DNA from: Bacteriovoracaceae bacterium
Lineage (GTDB): Bacteria > Bdellovibrionota > Bacteriovoracia > Bacteriovoracales > Bacteriovoracaceae
Direction of reading: 5' to 3'
Assembly: GCA_049599895.1 (NCBI GenBank)
Contig: JBMYPC010000049.1
Location: forward strand, 1 to 20,656
Length of the DNA stretch: 20,656 nucleotides
Shown piece after piece: positions 18,085-20,656 of the stretch. Made by a program: the position numbers and the translations under genes. The number at the start of each line of letters is the position of its first letter. The stretch's first letter is position 1. The notes under the pieces were generated by a model. It saw nothing but the letters and a program-made list of their open reading frames with translations. It searched no databases and was not told where the DNA came from.

Positions 18085-18118
18085 TGATTAAGGAATTGGT
18101 TTTAACTGAGGAATTCTT

Positions 18119-18844
18119 TTGATTAATAAATATTTTGCCCTTATTGGTCTTGTTGTTCTTTGGTCTCATCAGATTTTTGCTGTAAGTTTCATCCCGATAT
18201 CTTTTGATGAGCAAGTGGAGCAATCCGATTCCATTGTTCATGCAGTGGTGAAGGGAAATAGTTATAAAAAGGCTTCGAATGATGAAGTCGTCACAATGAC
18301 TTCACTAAAAATTTTAAGTTACACCGGCATTAGTAATTCAAGAATGGTGAATCCCAATAGCTTTAAAGTTGTGAGCCCTGGTGGGGTCTGGAATGGGATT
18401 GTTCATAAAATCGATGCTTCTCCCAAGTTTAAAGAAGGGGAAGAAGTTGTTCTTTTTTTAAAAGAAACAGGAAGAGGGTTTGTTGTTCTCAATCTTGCTC
18501 TTGGGAAGTACAAAGTTGAAAAATATGACGGAGAAAAAATTCTTAAGAGTGAAATTTTCCCTAAACATCCCTTAATGAAACCTCTTCCTCTCTCTAAGCT
18601 GAAAGAATTGGTTTCGGTTATCAAGCGAGGGGAGACGTTTAAAGGCTTTAACCAAAAACAAGCTGTTGTGAAGAGAAACTTTGAAGAGTCCGGTGAGGGG
18701 CGGGGTCCAGCTTCTCTTGGAAATTCTTCTAAAAATCAAAGTGCATTTGACAATGAAAACGGTCTTACTCTTGTAACGCTCGTTATACTCTTTCTTTTGA
18801 TTGGGATTGTTTATCGATATGCAGTCAGAAACAGCAAAAATTAA
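18119..18844 (+). CDS. Exported, C-terminally membrane-anchored protein with a putative OB-fold (NTR/TIMP-like) domain
   Basis: TTG start with GAGGA SD; signal peptide ending QIFA; domain pattern SFDEQVEQSDSIVHAVV...VVT...VVSPGG...PKFKEGEEVVLFL...LALGKYKV; linker containing RGPAS; TM LTLVTLVILFLLIGIVY plus basic tail. Confidence 0.7.
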   Translation: MINKYFALIGLVVLWSHQIFAVSFIPISFDEQVEQSDSIVHAVVKGNSYKKASNDEVVTMTSLKILSYTGISNSRMVNPNSFKVVSPGGVWNGIVHKIDASPKFKEGEEVVLFLKETGRGFVVLNLALGKYKVEKYDGEKILKSEIFPKHPLMKPLPLSKLKELVSVIKRGETFKGFNQKQAVVKRNFEESGEGRGPASLGNSSKNQSAFDNENGLTLVTLVILFLLIGIVYRYAVRNSKN

Positions 18845-20648
18845 TACTTGTTCAAAGCTATTATTTTTTGTCTTGATTCTTATTTCAAGTCCTGGGCATT
18901 CGTATGTAAAATCATTAACTGGCTCAGGCAAGGCCATCAAGTGGAATGACTCAACAGAAGAAATTCGGTTCTACCTTGATAAAAACTCTGCTCCATCCCA
19001 GATTGGCTCTAATGACTTTGAGAGTATTTTCGTCGGCGCGCTTAATAGCTGGAATGAGTTGGGGAAATTCAACCTTACTTATGAAATTACAAACTCAACG
19101 GCATCAAGACGAAATGATGTTTATTTTTCTGATTTCTTAGTCGGTAGTAATGCCTTAGGTGTTACTCGCGTTTCATTCAATCAGGCCACAGGTCAGATTA
19201 TTGAAACAGATATTATGTTGAGTACTTTTCTTGTGAACAAAGATTCATCCACTGATGAATATCTTGGAAATATTTTAACACATGAAATAGGCCATGCTCT
19301 TGGTCTTTCTCATTCACAAATTGCTTATTCCACTATGTTTTATAAAGCCACTCGAGGACAACACACTCTATCTGAAGATGATAAGAATGGTTTTTATGAT
19401 GTTTATTCAATTAAAAAGTCTGGAACGGGAACAGTAAAAGGCAAAATTGTTGGAGGCCAAGACCTTGTGGGAATTTTTGGTTCTCATGTTCAGCTGATCT
19501 CTGTTGATGATTTGAGTGTTGTGGTTTCAACTGTCTCTGAGCCCAATGGAGATTTCCAGTTTAATAATGTGGATAAGTCGAAAGAATATTTTTTAAAAGT
19601 TGCGCCCTTGGAGCTTCTTGAAACACTTCCGACATATTACGAAGATGTCACCTCCGGCTTTTGTCTTGGCTATACAGATTACAAGCCTTCTCTTTGGCAA
19701 GGTTGTGGAAGTTCAAGTGAAGGAAAGCCTGTTAATATTAATTTTCAAAGTCAAAGCACAATCGATGCTGGCTTTGTCACGATTCGATGTAATACAGATG
19801 TTCCTGCGCAATATCTTCTTGATCGAGAGGATGGTTACGAACTTGATCTCTCTAAAAGGACCAATACTTACTTAGGCTATTTTTCGGAGGTTGATCTTAG
19901 AAATTCTGCAGTTGATAAAATCCACCTTGATCTTTCAAATGTTGCGCTTCCGGCTCTTTCAACCGGAGATCAAAATCTTCTTGAAATCTCAATCATGGCC
20001 CAATCTCTTTATTCGCCTCTTAAGATTAAGTCGAAAGTGATTTTTCAAGATTATACAGAGATTGAATATGGAGCCACGGATTGGATTGATAACGATCTTA
20101 ATCCTCAGACCGATTTAAAGTTTACAATTCTTTTAAGTCCCGTTGCTTCAAGTAATGTTTTTGATATTGAGGTTACTCCCCAGCATTTTGAAACTTTAAA
20201 TTTTAATATCAATGGAAAAAATGAAGTTCTCACAGGTTATTTATCAGGAGTTTCCAATTATTCTCTTGATGATTACTTTCCAGATTATGATGCTTTTAAA
20301 GCAGCTCTTCCCAATTATTTATTCTCTGCACGGGCCTATACTTTGAAGAGTAATGGGGACAAAGTTTATTTAAAGTCACCCTATGTCGCGGAAAATTACG
20401 AGCTTTATGACAATAGATGGTGCCCAGATGCTGATCTAAGCTACAAGCTCAGTCCCAATACAGTTTCAACGACGAGCAGTATCATTACCACGACGACATC
20501 TAACGAAGATAGTGGAGAAATTGCTCTTGGCGGATGTGGTCAAATAAATACCGGCTCAGGTCCAGGAAACCCTGGTTCAGCTCCATTAATTGCTATGATG
20601 ATGGGAATTCTTCTTTTCTTATTGCCTAGAATTCAATATCTTAAATAG
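18819..20648 (+). CDS. Secreted matrixin (M10-like metzincin) metalloprotease with a prealbumin/carboxypeptidase-regulatory-like domain and C-terminal sorting signal
   Basis: HEIGHALGLSH (19281-19313), Met-turn STMF (Met at 19335), upstream ALGVT and IIETDIML, downstream LSEDDKNG; next domain GTVKGKI...GSHVQL...NGDFQF; Ser/Thr linker, GGCG, hydrophobic stretch and basic end. The start is likely ATG18819, overlapping the upstream gene by 26 bp. Confidence 0.9.
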   Translation: MQSETAKINTCSKLLFFVLILISSPGHSYVKSLTGSGKAIKWNDSTEEIRFYLDKNSAPSQIGSNDFESIFVGALNSWNELGKFNLTYEITNSTASRRNDVYFSDFLVGSNALGVTRVSFNQATGQIIETDIMLSTFLVNKDSSTDEYLGNILTHEIGHALGLSHSQIAYSTMFYKATRGQHTLSEDDKNGFYDVYSIKKSGTGTVKGKIVGGQDLVGIFGSHVQLISVDDLSVVVSTVSEPNGDFQFNNVDKSKEYFLKVAPLELLETLPTYYEDVTSGFCLGYTDYKPSLWQGCGSSSEGKPVNINFQSQSTIDAGFVTIRCNTDVPAQYLLDREDGYELDLSKRTNTYLGYFSEVDLRNSAVDKIHLDLSNVALPALSTGDQNLLEISIMAQSLYSPLKIKSKVIFQDYTEIEYGATDWIDNDLNPQTDLKFTILLSPVASSNVFDIEVTPQHFETLNFNINGKNEVLTGYLSGVSNYSLDDYFPDYDAFKAALPNYLFSARAYTLKSNGDKVYLKSPYVAENYELYDNRWCPDADLSYKLSPNTVSTTSSIITTTTSNEDSGEIALGGCGQINTGSGPGNPGSAPLIAMMMGILLFLLPRIQYLK

Positions 20649-20656
20649 TGTAGTTA

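Noticed and set aside
1105..19875. Short antisense and alternative-frame ORFs in the six-frame track (e.g. 3480-3872, 8415-8783, 18572-18940)
   Set aside because: They lie within or across well-supported genes and have no motifs; they are typical shadow ORFs.
1..20656. CRISPR arrays, tRNA/rRNA genes, IS elements, prophage or defence genes
   Set aside because: No repeat-spacer periodicity, cloverleaf, transposase/integrase motif or terminal inverted repeat was seen, and intergenic gaps are all short.

Overview
AT-rich bacterial chromosomal window with all real genes on the + strand. Gene order and protein style suggest Bdellovibrionota (Bacteriovorax/Halobacteriovorax-like); this is inference. 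Order: 3' end of pilP, pilQ secretin, TPR protein, aroQ, efp, accB, accC, a diverged 415-aa helical protein, TamB/DUF490-type protein, multi-POTRA Omp85 (TamA/BamA-like), rplM-rpsI with a GC-rich structured 3' UTR and strong terminator, an atypical UvrA paralogue, then a two-gene secreted module: a membrane-anchored OB/NTR-like protein and a matrixin (M10-like) metalloprotease with a GGC-type C-terminal sorting signal, preceded by FliA-like promoter elements. Most interesting: (1) the UvrA paralogue, whose degenerate ABC motifs all map to one composite (distal) ATPase site; (2) the candidate protease plus TIMP-like/trans-prodomain pair; (3) the 415-aa ORF in the SgmX/Bd2492 slot ahead of tamB-omp85. 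No CRISPR array, rRNA, tRNA or mobile element was seen.
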